NCBI GenBank assembly: GCA_944391005.1
Contig: CALXSB010000084.1
Span: 1-49,710, forward strand
Length of the DNA: 49,710 bases
Reading direction: 5' to 3'
DNA from: an uncultured Rickettsiales bacterium
Lineage (GTDB): Bacteria > Pseudomonadota > Alphaproteobacteria > Rickettsiales > UBA1997
Numbering within the stretch: position 1 is the first letter of the stretch; every line of letters starts with the position of its first letter. The position numbers were made by a program, and so were the translations under genes. This document shows, piece by piece, positions 17,964-27,608 of the stretch. The notes beneath the pieces were generated by a model. That model searched no databases, was not told the origin of the DNA, and worked only from the letters and a program-made list of their open reading frames with translations.

Positions 17964-18734
17964 TTACTCTTTATAAAAAGTTATTTTATTACTATTATCA
18001 GATAAATTTACATTAGTTCTATAAATATTATTTAATAAATTGTGTTCATAAAAGCTATAATATTTCTTTGCTGATACTATTATATGGTCAACCAACTCAA
18101 ATTTATTCATATTTTTTATTGTTTCTTCAAAAGCATGTGTTGTATTTTTATCACTTGGTGATGGCTGAACATTGCCAGACGGATGATTATGGGATAAAAC
18201 AATATATCTCGTATTATTATTTAAAGCGATATTAACAATTTCACCAATATCAAATGTAGTTAAACTAGAATTTTTATCACCAAATACTCTTTTCTCTATT
18301 AATTTTTGTGCTGAATTTAAAAATAAAACTATTATATATTCTGTATCTCTTGAACCGATTTCCTTTTGAAAATATCTCGCTAGTTTAGTTATGGAATCTA
18401 ACTTATTTTCTTCAACTAATTCTTCTTCATTGCAAAACGTCATTAGCTTTCTAAAAGTAAAAATAGCTCCTATTATAGCTTCTGATAATTTCATAGAATT
18501 TTTGAGATAATTATAATCCTTATTTATTAGGCTATTTATGCTATAATTAAATTTTTCAAGAATTGTTTTTGATAATAATCTTACATCTCGCCTAGGTATT
18601 GCCATGCATAAAAAATATTCAAATACTTTTTCTTTAGTAGCGGTCTCATAGTTATTAATTATAAAATTTCTTAATCTTTCCCTATGACCAGTATCTAAAT
18701 TAACCTTATTTTTATCTTCTATTTTTTTAACCAT
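17964..18734 (-). CDS. radC: RadC-like JAB-domain protein (UPF0758)
   Basis: GHRERLRNF near the N-terminus and the JAMM-like motif LSHNHPSGNVQPSPSDKNTT. The start is taken at MVKKIEDK; the upstream extension in the track is hydrophobic junk. Confidence 0.8.
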   Translation of the reverse strand: MVKKIEDKNKVNLDTGHRERLRNFIINNYETATKEKVFEYFLCMAIPRRDVRLLSKTILEKFNYSINSLINKDYNYLKNSMKLSEAIIGAIFTFRKLMTFCNEEELVEENKLDSITKLARYFQKEIGSRDTEYIIVLFLNSAQKLIEKRVFGDKNSSLTTFDIGEIVNIALNNNTRYIVLSHNHPSGNVQPSPSDKNTTHAFEETIKNMNKFELVDHIIVSAKKYYSFYEHNLLNNIYRTNVNLSDNSNKITFYKE

Positions 18735-18821
18735 ACTACTATTTTTAGAATAAACATTTTTAATTTCTACTATTATAATTATACAATTTATTTTAATTAT
18801 CAATATTTATATTGATTTTCT

Positions 18822-19418
18822 TTAATTCGTAATAGATTTTAAATATTCAAACATAATCTGAGCTGAACTTTTAACTTCTTTATTCCAATCTTCTCCTCCT
18901 TTCTCATCAAGCCCATCAGTTATATATTTTATTGCAATAAAGCTAATGTTTTCAAGTTTGCAAACTCTAGCTAAAGCATAAGCTTCCATTTCAACTAGAT
19001 CTATCCTTTCATCAACTTTTTCTGTTGTTATAAAACTATCTCCGCTTCCGCATACTCCATTTTGTAAATTATCTATTAAATTTTCATGTTCTAAAATTAA
19101 TGGAAAAATATCACTTGGAGTTGCACCTTTTTCATATCCGAAAGCTGTAGCATCCATATCTCTTTGAATGAACCTATTACAATATACCAGACTACCCTTT
19201 TTATACTTTTTGCTTCCGCAGCTGCCCAAATTTATTACATATTTCGGCAAACAATTGTTATATCTCATTTCATCTAATTTTTTAGTTAAATAATAGGTAG
19301 CATTAACTTTTCCAACACCAGTAAAAATTAGATTAGTATTAAGAGTTTCAAATAATCCTTCACTTTCTTCTTTACATGCTATTACTAAAAGACAATCTTT
19401 TAAGTTTATTTTATTCAT
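18822..19418 (-). CDS. mtnN: 5'-methylthioadenosine/S-adenosylhomocysteine nucleosidase (PNP_UDP_1 family, short form)
   Basis: Aligns with E. coli Pfs: TGVGKVNATYYL, INLGSCGS, DMDATAFGYEKG, SGDSFI, VEMEAYALARVC, ITDGLD. Confidence 0.7.
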   Translation of the reverse strand: MNKINLKDCLLVIACKEESEGLFETLNTNLIFTGVGKVNATYYLTKKLDEMRYNNCLPKYVINLGSCGSKKYKKGSLVYCNRFIQRDMDATAFGYEKGATPSDIFPLILEHENLIDNLQNGVCGSGDSFITTEKVDERIDLVEMEAYALARVCKLENISFIAIKYITDGLDEKGGEDWNKEVKSSAQIMFEYLKSITN

Positions 19419-19489
19419 GAATAATAATTTAATTTTTAATTTTGTAATATTTTTTATAATTTTAAAATTAAAATCAATAAATTTTTGAA

Positions 19490-19753
19490 TTATTTATTTT
19501 TTGATTTCTCAATAACTTCAAAAATTATATAAAAGTTTATTATTGTAGCGATTATTATTGATGTAAAATATAGGTTGTTATATCCAAATAATTTTGCTAT
19601 ATATTTGCCAATAAGAAAAATAAAAAATAAATATATTAAAACAATCCTTGTGCCCAATAATATATACATTTGAATTATTTGTAAATTTATATTTTTACTT
19701 GGAGATTCTTTTTTGTTTTTTATTGTCTTTTTTAATAAATCGTTGAGATTCAT
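19490..19753 (-). CDS. Small two-TM membrane protein, translationally coupled to the atpC-like gene
   Basis: ATGA 4-nt overlap with the upstream ORF and two hydrophobic helices. No recognisable motif. Confidence 0.45.
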   Translation of the reverse strand: MNLNDLLKKTIKNKKESPSKNINLQIIQMYILLGTRIVLIYLFFIFLIGKYIAKLFGYNNLYFTSIIIATIINFYIIFEVIEKSKNK

Positions 19754-20142
19754 TTTATATTTATTAAATTATTAAACATATAATATTCTAGCTGTTTTAA
19801 ATTTTTATTAATTTCTTTTTCTATATTGTCTTCATTTTCTGTGTTTATATTTATATTTTGTTTTAATTCCTTTATCGTATCGCCGAATACAGCTTTATAG
19901 GCTGTTAATCTAACTTTATTTGAATATTTTACTAAAATGCCATTGTTTAAAGCAATATATTTTTTGTTATTTTTTATATCTATGTATGACATTATATTTG
20001 TATCAAATGATGAAACGTAATCTATGTGATTTGGCAATATAGTAAGATAGCCTTCCTTTCCCTCAAAAGTTAGCTGCTTAACTTCTTGATCAAGCAGTAT
20101 CTCAATTGGAGAGTATATTTTTAAATCTATTGTTTTAAACAT
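19750..20142 (-). CDS. atpC: F-type ATP synthase epsilon subunit-like protein
   Basis: The N-terminal beta-sandwich aligns with E. coli AtpC (LKIYSPIEILLDQEVKQLTFEGKEGYLTILPNHIDYVSSF...ALNNGILVKYSNKVRLTA), followed by a helical tail. It is not preceded by atpD. Confidence 0.6.
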   Translation of the reverse strand: MFKTIDLKIYSPIEILLDQEVKQLTFEGKEGYLTILPNHIDYVSSFDTNIMSYIDIKNNKKYIALNNGILVKYSNKVRLTAYKAVFGDTIKELKQNININTENEDNIEKEINKNLKQLEYYMFNNLINIK

Positions 20143-20264
20143 ATGTATATTATATATAGGCTGTTAACATAATAAAAAAATAATATAATAAATCAATTAT
20201 TTTTTACATTGCAAAAATAAAAATTATCTATATATTATTGATATAAAAATTATTTATTATTCAA

Positions 20265-21515
20265 TTGGTTGATGTAATAAAAGAATATACGGTATCAGAA
20301 ATTGTAAAGGGTATAAAAGATACCCTTGAGGCTAAGTATTTCTATATAAAAATCAAAGGTGAAATTAGTAATTTCAAAAAACATCCCAGCGGACATTTAT
20401 ATTTTTCTTTAAAAGACGAAGATTCAATGATAAACGTCGTAATGTTTAAAAGCTATGCAGATTTTTGCAAGATAGATTTAGACAATGGAATGGAAGTTAT
20501 TGCAGCCGGAAGATTGACAATATATAAAGAAAGATCAAATTATCAATTATTAGCCGAGGGTATTCAAATAAGCGGTGTCGGCAGTCTTTTAAAAATAATT
20601 CAAGAAAGAAAAGAAAAACTAGCAAAAGAAGGTCTTTTTGACATTGCAAGAAAAAAGCCAATTCCACGATTGCCAAAAAATGCAGCATTAATTACAGCAG
20701 AAAGTGGTGCTGCTATTCATGATATACTATCAAGACTTAAAGGCAGAACTCCAATTTCTTTAATATTGTATTCTGTATTGATGCAGGGCAAAGATGCACC
20801 AAGCGAAATAATAAAAGCAATAGAATATTTCAATAGTCTTGATGAAAGAGACAAGCCTCAAGTTATTGTAATAACAAGGGGCGGAGGATCAATAGAAGAT
20901 CTAATGGCGTTTAATGATGAAAATCTTGTCAGGGCTGTTGCAAATTCAAAAATTCCAACAATTTCTGCCGTTGGGCATGAAGTAGACTGGACATTAATAG
21001 ACTACGCAAGTGATTTACGACTCCCAACGCCAACTTCTGTTGCCGAATATTTAACCATAAGCAAGGAGCAAGCCTATAAAGATTTATATAACCTGACCGT
21101 TAGGTTATATTCAACTTTAGTTGTAAAAAATTTTTACAAAATGACTAAACTTATTGAAATATTTTCTGATTTTATAAAAAAGCGATCAGAAAAATTCATA
21201 AAAAATAACTATCTATTAAAATCTTATTTTATAAGGTTTAATAATCTATTCAGAATTATTGTTGAAAAATACAAACGCAAAAAGTTTTTTCTTAAAAAAA
21301 TTAATTTAAATAAAATCATAAAAAATAAGATTAATTTTATTGAACAAAAACTAAGATTTTTTGAGATTAAACTTGACAACTATATAAATAAATATCCAAT
21401 CCTTAAGGACACTTTGGGAAACGAAATCAAATTTAAAAAAGAAATTCTTTTAAACAAAAATTATATTTTAGAATTTCCAGATGGCAATGTAAAAGTAAAA
21501 ATTGTAAAAATGTAA
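20265..21515 (+). CDS. xseA: Exodeoxyribonuclease VII large subunit
   Basis: OB-fold N-terminus (YTVSEIVKGIKDTLEAKYFYIKIKGEISNFKKHPSGHLYFSLKD), catalytic region VIVITRGGGSIEDLMAFNDE and SAVGHEVDWTLIDYASDLRLPTPT. Apparent TTG start. Confidence 0.88.
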   Translation: MVDVIKEYTVSEIVKGIKDTLEAKYFYIKIKGEISNFKKHPSGHLYFSLKDEDSMINVVMFKSYADFCKIDLDNGMEVIAAGRLTIYKERSNYQLLAEGIQISGVGSLLKIIQERKEKLAKEGLFDIARKKPIPRLPKNAALITAESGAAIHDILSRLKGRTPISLILYSVLMQGKDAPSEIIKAIEYFNSLDERDKPQVIVITRGGGSIEDLMAFNDENLVRAVANSKIPTISAVGHEVDWTLIDYASDLRLPTPTSVAEYLTISKEQAYKDLYNLTVRLYSTLVVKNFYKMTKLIEIFSDFIKKRSEKFIKNNYLLKSYFIRFNNLFRIIVEKYKRKKFFLKKINLNKIIKNKINFIEQKLRFFEIKLDNYINKYPILKDTLGNEIKFKKEILLNKNYILEFPDGNVKVKIVKM

Positions 21516-21597
21516 TATTTTGAAACAAAAAATTGTTTGAATATATACTAATAATTATATAAAAAATAATTAGTTAATTCAATATTTTGGGAGAAAT

Positions 21598-23433
21598 ATG
21601 TGTGGAATTTTTGGTATTATAGGCAACAATAATGTTGTTCCAGGTTTAGTTCGTGGTTTAAAATATCTTGAATATAGAGGCTATGATTCAGCTGGCATTT
21701 CAATTGTAAATAATCAAAAAATAAAAACAATTAAAAAAGTTGGAAAGGTTAGCGAATTAGAAAAAGCAGTTGAAAATCTTAGCAGCAATATTGGCATAGC
21801 CCATTCAAGATGGGCAACTCATGGCAAACCTACGGAATTGAATGCTCATCCTCATACAAGTTGCGATGTGGTTGTGTCGGTTGTCCACAATGGAATAATT
21901 GAGAATTATAAAGAGCTTAAAGAAGAACTTATAAGGCTTGGCTACCATTTTAAAAGTGAAACAGATACGGAAGTAATACCTAATTTAATTTCATACTATT
22001 CAAAAAAAGAAAAAACTCATAAAGACGCAATTCATAAAGCTTTAAAAAAATTAGAAGGGGCTTTTGGCATTGCGGCAATTTTTGCTGATGATGATAAACA
22101 TATATATTGTGCCCGCAGGAGATCACCATTATTATTGGGTCTTGGCAAAAATGAAAATTACGTATCTTCAGGACTTTCAGCTTTTACCGGCTTAACAAAT
22201 AAGATAATTTCACTAAATGAAGATGATTTTGCAATAATTTCAAATGAAGGTTGTGAAATTTTTGATAAAGATGGCAATAGAGTTGAAAGGGAAATTGAAA
22301 CTATAAGCATAGATAATATAAATGTTGATAAGGGCGATTTTGCACATTTTATGCTTAAGGAAATATATGAAGAGCCTAAAGTTGTAAGACAAACTATAAA
22401 AGAATATATAGATGCAAAAAATAAAAAAATACTTTTTCCGCATTTTGACTTTGATTTAGGTAAAATGGAAAGACTGAATATTGTATCATGCGGAACATCC
22501 TATTATGCTAGTTTCATTGCGAAATATTTTATAGAAAGTATTGCAAAAATTAGAGTTGATATTGATATAGCTTCCGAGTTTAGATATAAAAATCAAGTAT
22601 TATCAAAAGATGACATATCAATGTTTATTTCACAGTCCGGAGAAACTGCTGACACTATTGGGGCATTAAAATTATGCAAAGAAAATGGACAAAAAATAAT
22701 ATCGCTTGTAAATGTTTTGCAAAGCAATATAGCTTCGCTTTCTGATATAGTATTAAAAACTCTTGCGGGGGCAGAAATAGGGGTTGCAAGCACAAAAGCT
22801 TTAACTGGACAGCTGGTCGTTCTTTATCTATTGGGACTAGAAATTGCTATGGCAAAAAAGACAATAACAAATGCAGAATATGAAAAATATATTGACGATT
22901 TAATAAACTTGCCTGATATATTAGATGCTTTTTTAAACAATAAATATGAAATTAATAATATCAAAGAAATTGCAAAGAAAGTTAAAGAAAAAAATTTCTT
23001 TATGTTTATAGGAAGAGGCATCTATTATCCACTTGCTCTTGAAGGTGCCCTAAAACTTAAAGAAATTAGCTACATACCTTGTGAAGGCATTGCGGCCGGA
23101 GAACTTAAACATGGACCAATAGCCTTAATTGATAAAAACACATATATTTTTGCAATAAATCCAACAAGCGATGTATTTGATAAAACATCATCAAATATTG
23201 AAGAAATTATTGCTAGAGAGGGGAAAATAGTTCTTATAACTAATAAAGAAGGCGTAAAAAGTTTAAATGGTAAATTTGTGGAAAAAATAGAGGTTGAAAA
23301 AAATAAAAATCAAATGATTTCAGCCATTGAGTGCCTTTTGCCAATTCAACTTATAGCCTATTATATTTCTTTAGAAAGAGGAAATAATATTGATAAGCCT
23401 AGAAATTTAGCAAAATCTGTGACGGTTGAATAA
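21598..23433 (+). CDS. glmS: Glutamine--fructose-6-phosphate aminotransferase
   Basis: MCGIFG N-terminal nucleophile, two SIS domains, and the C-terminus NLAKSVTVE. Confidence 0.95.
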   Translation: MCGIFGIIGNNNVVPGLVRGLKYLEYRGYDSAGISIVNNQKIKTIKKVGKVSELEKAVENLSSNIGIAHSRWATHGKPTELNAHPHTSCDVVVSVVHNGIIENYKELKEELIRLGYHFKSETDTEVIPNLISYYSKKEKTHKDAIHKALKKLEGAFGIAAIFADDDKHIYCARRRSPLLLGLGKNENYVSSGLSAFTGLTNKIISLNEDDFAIISNEGCEIFDKDGNRVEREIETISIDNINVDKGDFAHFMLKEIYEEPKVVRQTIKEYIDAKNKKILFPHFDFDLGKMERLNIVSCGTSYYASFIAKYFIESIAKIRVDIDIASEFRYKNQVLSKDDISMFISQSGETADTIGALKLCKENGQKIISLVNVLQSNIASLSDIVLKTLAGAEIGVASTKALTGQLVVLYLLGLEIAMAKKTITNAEYEKYIDDLINLPDILDAFLNNKYEINNIKEIAKKVKEKNFFMFIGRGIYYPLALEGALKLKEISYIPCEGIAAGELKHGPIALIDKNTYIFAINPTSDVFDKTSSNIEEIIAREGKIVLITNKEGVKSLNGKFVEKIEVEKNKNQMISAIECLLPIQLIAYYISLERGNNIDKPRNLAKSVTVE

Positions 23434-23436
23434 AAA

Positions 23437-23460
23437 CGGGGATTAAAATAATCCCTGTTT
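23437..23460. terminator. Terminator hairpin after glmS
   Basis: CGGGGATT-aaaat-AATCCCTG stem (8 bp including one G-U pair) followed by TTT. Confidence 0.55.
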
Positions 23461-23488
23461 ACAATCCTTGTTTTTACTAATTTATTGA

Positions 23489-23821
23489 TTACAAGCTATG
23501 TTCAAAATGCACTTCTCTTAATTTGCTCTGATTATTTTCAATATTTTCTGTAATGGGTGATGCAATTTGACTTTTTCTACTAACAAAACTATTTTCTTTT
23601 TCAAGTTTTTCTTGCTTTATATTAGAAACAGGCTGCATAATAGTTATATTATCATCTTCTAATAAGGTTTCATAATCTAGCTTGTATTTACCTGCTGCTT
23701 GTAAAATGGCTAGCACTGTGTAATTATATGAATTTTTTGTACTTAAATCATCAAAAGATTCATCTGACATAAAAAGAAATGAAGCACTACTATTTACTGA
23801 ATTTCTATTTTTTCTATCCAT
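23489..23821 (-). CDS. Hypothetical 110-aa protein
   Basis: ORF only; the composition is similar to neighbouring genes. Divergent from the 631-aa orphan gene. Confidence 0.35.
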   Translation of the reverse strand: MDRKNRNSVNSSASFLFMSDESFDDLSTKNSYNYTVLAILQAAGKYKLDYETLLEDDNITIMQPVSNIKQEKLEKENSFVSRKSQIASPITENIENNQSKLREVHFEHSL

Positions 23822-23941
23822 TTTTACAAAAAATAATTGTTTTTTATAAATAATAGCAATTTATAGATAAAAATCAAGAAAAAACTTGATTTATTTTTTT
23901 ATAATAATATAATAAATAGAACGGAATATATAAAAATTCTT

Positions 23942-25837
23942 ATGGCAAAATCAAAAAAACAAAATAGTGTTATTGAAAGAATAGATAAGTTGCGTAAAGA
24001 TTATCTAATTTTAGATGAAGAATCTGTTAAACTAGTCTTGGTGTCAAGTAATCTATTAAGTGCATTGCAGATACAAGAAAGTAATAATGATAAGCCAATA
24101 ACAATGCTTATAAAGAATATATTTGATAATATTTTAGCAAATAAAAACTTATCTTCTAAAAAAGAAGAGCTATTGTTGGAAACAAAAAAACATAGCGATA
24201 ATTTTAATATACAATTTATGCTAGATTTTTTTGCTGAAATCAAAAACAGATTACGTAATGAAGAAACTGACACCAAAGATAAAATATGCTTATTAGAAAA
24301 TACTATGTATAATGAAATTCTTTTGCCAAAACAAAGGACTTTTTTAGCAGAAATGGATAAATTTTCTGAAGATGAAGATTTAAAATTTAGTAAAAAAATA
24401 AAAGAATTAGATAATGAAAATGAGTCTCAGAAAAACATTCTAGAAAGAATTGAAGAATTTTCAAATTATACTTTAAATGATACAGAATTAAAATTAGACA
24501 AGAAAAAAATTAATTTTATAGAAGATATTTTAACTTGCAAATATGAAAAAAATTTTATTATATCGTTAAAAGATAAATTATCTTTAACTTTAAATTCAAT
24601 AAAGTTATTTTTAGCCGACTATACACCTAATAATACAATAGAGCGGAATTATGATGTAGATATGCAGAATCAACTAATAGATATTTTATCAAAATTTTTA
24701 ATTAGCATATCAAAACGGGAATATGAAAAATCGGAAGACAAATTAAAAAGATTGAATGAGCAGATTTTAGGAGATAATAGTCTTCTTAGGATTTTTGCAT
24801 GTTGTTCAAGTTTTTTAGGCGATTGCTGCTGTTCTAATGAGTTAAATGCAAATAAAGAATTAATCAATTGGGATAAAATACGAAATGCCTGTAAGTATGA
24901 TAATGATGAAGTGGATATAACTAATTTTGAAGAAGAAAAAATAATGTTAAAAAATGGGCAAAAAAAACAGGAACAAACAGATAAAAAAGATAAAGTCAAA
25001 TTGTCATCAGAATCAGAAAAATATTTTGCACAAGCACTATTAGCATATAATAAAAAAGAAAAAAATTTTAAGACGATTATTTGTGAAAAATCTTTTAAAA
25101 TAGATTGTAGCGACTTAACAGAAATAAAAGAAAAATCTTTTGCTGAATTATCTGGATATACTCAAAAAGTAGATTTTTTCACTATAACAAAAGAAGAATT
25201 AGAAATGTGTTTTGAGGTAGATGGCGATTGCCACTTTAAGGGTAAAATAATTCCTTTTGAAAATGAAAAAAACAATATTTCTAAGGGAACAAAAATAAGG
25301 GACAGGCTAAAAGAAATTATAATAGCTCAAAGATATAAAAATAAGCTTTTAGAAAAAGCTAATATTCTTGTAAATAATGAAGAAATATCAAATAGCATTA
25401 GCAATAGAACAAAACTAATAATTATGACTAATTTGGGGGTTGTGAATAGCTCTGAACACATAAATAATTCCGAAGATTCATCAGAAAATAGCAATTCTGA
25501 ACCTGTAAATAATTCTAGAAATTCATACAGAAATTTTGTTAGAATTTTAAGGGATAATAATAGTTTGCAAGAAGATGAAGAAACAATATTAAAATACTTA
25601 AAAACAATTGTTAAAAATGTAAAAGAGTCTAGTTCTTTAAAAATGAATTTTAAGAATATTAGAGAAACTAATCAAATAATAGCTAAGAATAAATCAATAG
25701 CTAAAAATATATTCCTTATAAATGCTATGAAAATAAATTCATTAAATATATCAAATAATCTTGATGAAAACTTAGAAAAACTTATTGATAATTACTATAA
25801 AAAAAGTAATCCAGCGGATATTAGTTTATCAAGATAA
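23942..25837 (+). CDS. 631-aa orphan protein with a central PD-(D/E)xK-like (DUF559/Vsr-like) core, a Cys cluster and an Asn/Ser-rich tail
   Basis: No signal peptide or TM. CCSSFLGDCCCS cluster. Core: SEKYFAQALL...NFKTIICEKSFKI...KVDFFTITKEELEMCFEVDGDCHF...TKIRDRLKEIIIAQRY. The C-terminal third is low complexity. Confidence 0.6.
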   Translation: MAKSKKQNSVIERIDKLRKDYLILDEESVKLVLVSSNLLSALQIQESNNDKPITMLIKNIFDNILANKNLSSKKEELLLETKKHSDNFNIQFMLDFFAEIKNRLRNEETDTKDKICLLENTMYNEILLPKQRTFLAEMDKFSEDEDLKFSKKIKELDNENESQKNILERIEEFSNYTLNDTELKLDKKKINFIEDILTCKYEKNFIISLKDKLSLTLNSIKLFLADYTPNNTIERNYDVDMQNQLIDILSKFLISISKREYEKSEDKLKRLNEQILGDNSLLRIFACCSSFLGDCCCSNELNANKELINWDKIRNACKYDNDEVDITNFEEEKIMLKNGQKKQEQTDKKDKVKLSSESEKYFAQALLAYNKKEKNFKTIICEKSFKIDCSDLTEIKEKSFAELSGYTQKVDFFTITKEELEMCFEVDGDCHFKGKIIPFENEKNNISKGTKIRDRLKEIIIAQRYKNKLLEKANILVNNEEISNSISNRTKLIIMTNLGVVNSSEHINNSEDSSENSNSEPVNNSRNSYRNFVRILRDNNSLQEDEETILKYLKTIVKNVKESSSLKMNFKNIRETNQIIAKNKSIAKNIFLINAMKINSLNISNNLDENLEKLIDNYYKKSNPADISLSR

Positions 25838-25857
25838 AAACCATTTTATAATAAAAA

Positions 25858-25884
25858 ATTAGAGACTTTTTGTCTCTAATTTTC
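25858..25884. terminator. Terminator hairpin between the 631-aa gene and gap
   Basis: ATTAGAGAC-ttttt-GTCTCTAAT, a 9 bp stem followed by TTTT. Confidence 0.6.
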
Positions 25885-25902
25885 TATTATTAATAATTAA
25901 AA

Positions 25903-26916
25903 TTATTTCCAAATAGTGCATAAATCTAACATTCTGTTAGAATATCCCCATTCGTTATCATACCATGAACCAACTCTTATGAAGTTTCCACCTAAAACTT
26001 TAGTTTGAGAAATATCAAAAATTGAGCTATGAGGATCTCCAGTTAAGTCAATAGAAACTATTGGATCAGATACTACATCTAATACACCGTGTAATGATGG
26101 GTCTTTAACAGCATTTCTAACAACTTCGTTAACTTCATCAACAGTAGTTGATTTTTTAGCCATAAAGCTAAAATCAACAAATGATACATCTGGAGTTGGA
26201 ACTCTGATTGAAACGCCATCTAATTTTCCTTTTAATTGAGGCAATACTAAACCAACAGCTTTAGCAGCACCAGTTGAAGTTGGAATCATAGATAAAGCAC
26301 CAGCTCTAGCTCTTCTCATATCTTTATGAACTTTATCAAGAATATTTTGATCATTTGTGTATGAGTGAATTGTAGTCATATTTCCCTTTTCAATTCCAAA
26401 GGCTGCATCTAAAACCTTAGCTAAAGGAGCCAAACAGTTAGTAGTGCAAGAAGCGTTTGAAATAATATCATCTTGAGCAGTTAATTGGTCGTCATTAACA
26501 CCTAAAACTATAGTCTTAACTGTATCAGGAGTTTTTGTTGGACCTGACATCATAACTTTTTTAGCACCAGCTTCAATATGTGGCATAGCTTTATCTCTTT
26601 CCAAGAATAAACCAGTGCATTCTAGAACTATATCAATGCCCAATTCTTTCCAAGGTAAATTATGTGCGTCTTTTTCTGAAACAACTTTAATTTTTTTGCC
26701 ATCAACAACAATTGAATCACCTTCTATTTTTGCATCATGGTTAAATTTGCCATGAACTGAATCATATTTTAATAAATAAAGATTAGTTTCTAGTGGAGCT
26801 AAATCATTAATAGCTACGATTTCTAAGTCTTTATATTTAGCTTGATTTTCAAAGAATGCTCTAAAAACACATCTTCCTATTCTACCAAAACCATTTATAG
26901 CAATTTTTTTAGTCAT
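25903..26916 (-). CDS. gap: Glyceraldehyde-3-phosphate dehydrogenase
   Basis: INGFGRIGR, active-site SNASCTTNCLAP, and WYDNEWGYSNR at the C-terminus. Confidence 0.95.
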   Translation of the reverse strand: MTKKIAINGFGRIGRCVFRAFFENQAKYKDLEIVAINDLAPLETNLYLLKYDSVHGKFNHDAKIEGDSIVVDGKKIKVVSEKDAHNLPWKELGIDIVLECTGLFLERDKAMPHIEAGAKKVMMSGPTKTPDTVKTIVLGVNDDQLTAQDDIISNASCTTNCLAPLAKVLDAAFGIEKGNMTTIHSYTNDQNILDKVHKDMRRARAGALSMIPTSTGAAKAVGLVLPQLKGKLDGVSIRVPTPDVSFVDFSFMAKKSTTVDEVNEVVRNAVKDPSLHGVLDVVSDPIVSIDLTGDPHSSIFDISQTKVLGGNFIRVGSWYDNEWGYSNRMLDLCTIWK

Positions 26917-26942
26917 ACTTTACCATATAGTTATTATTAATA

Positions 26943-27473
26943 TTATTGTTTATTATTTTTCATTTTGAGATCGTAATAAACAAGTAATTTAGAAAAGTCC
27001 GCCAATGATATCTTAGCAGTCATTTTCTTTGTCCCGCCAGCAACTTTTAAATCACGAACGGTAAATCTAATATACATTTCCTGCCCCATTTTTATTTGAG
27101 ATAACATTAATTTTTGTTTTGCAGGAGAAAAAGGTATTACACCATATTCGGGAACTTTATCTATGAAATCAGAATTAATTAAATCGTTTCCGTCAATTTT
27201 TACATTTACTGTTGTATTTTCAAGAACAGAAGGAATTATTATTACAACTTGATTTGCAATTTTATTGTTGGGTTGAATATAAACAGAAGAATTATCATCA
27301 TAGAATGTTGCAAAAATTCTACAATCAACGTCCTCCATCATAACATCTTCTTCACATAATACAGTCCAATCACCAAATTTCTTTTCTTCTCTAGATATAT
27401 TGTCAATTATTTCCGCGGCAAATGATGTGTTTAATAATAAACATCCTAAAATAATAATAAGTATTTTTCTCAT
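26943..27473 (-). CDS. Secreted protein, invasion-associated locus B (IalB)-like
   Basis: Signal peptide, FGDWTVLCEEDVMMEDVDC (compare the W-x-v-x-C...C pattern of IalB), and a C-terminal ISLADFSKLL resembling the IalB L-x-GF tail. Confidence 0.45.
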   Translation of the reverse strand: MRKILIIILGCLLLNTSFAAEIIDNISREEKKFGDWTVLCEEDVMMEDVDCRIFATFYDDNSSVYIQPNNKIANQVVIIIPSVLENTTVNVKIDGNDLINSDFIDKVPEYGVIPFSPAKQKLMLSQIKMGQEMYIRFTVRDLKVAGGTKKMTAKISLADFSKLLVYYDLKMKNNKQ

Positions 27474-27580
27474 AAAATATTAAATAATGCCCTTTTCTTC
27501 AATATCAATTAATACATTTTTTTAAAAAAGTCTAGTTTTTTGTTAAAATATTTTTATATAATAATATTTTAATATTAATG

Positions 27581-27608
27581 TTGACTTAATGCGTATGTGC
27601 CATATAAT
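27581..27608 (+). promoter_or_regulatory. Candidate sigma70-type promoter of the rpsF-rpsR-rplI operon
   Basis: TTGACT (27581-27586), 16 nt spacer, TATAAT (27603-27608). This implies a 5' UTR of roughly 150 nt. Confidence 0.5.

Noticed and set aside
21516-21597. A possible glmS ribozyme upstream of glmS.
   Set aside because: The leader is only about 80 nt of almost pure A/T with no conserved core or pseudoknot-like GC pairs. The ribozyme is also mostly a Gram-positive feature.
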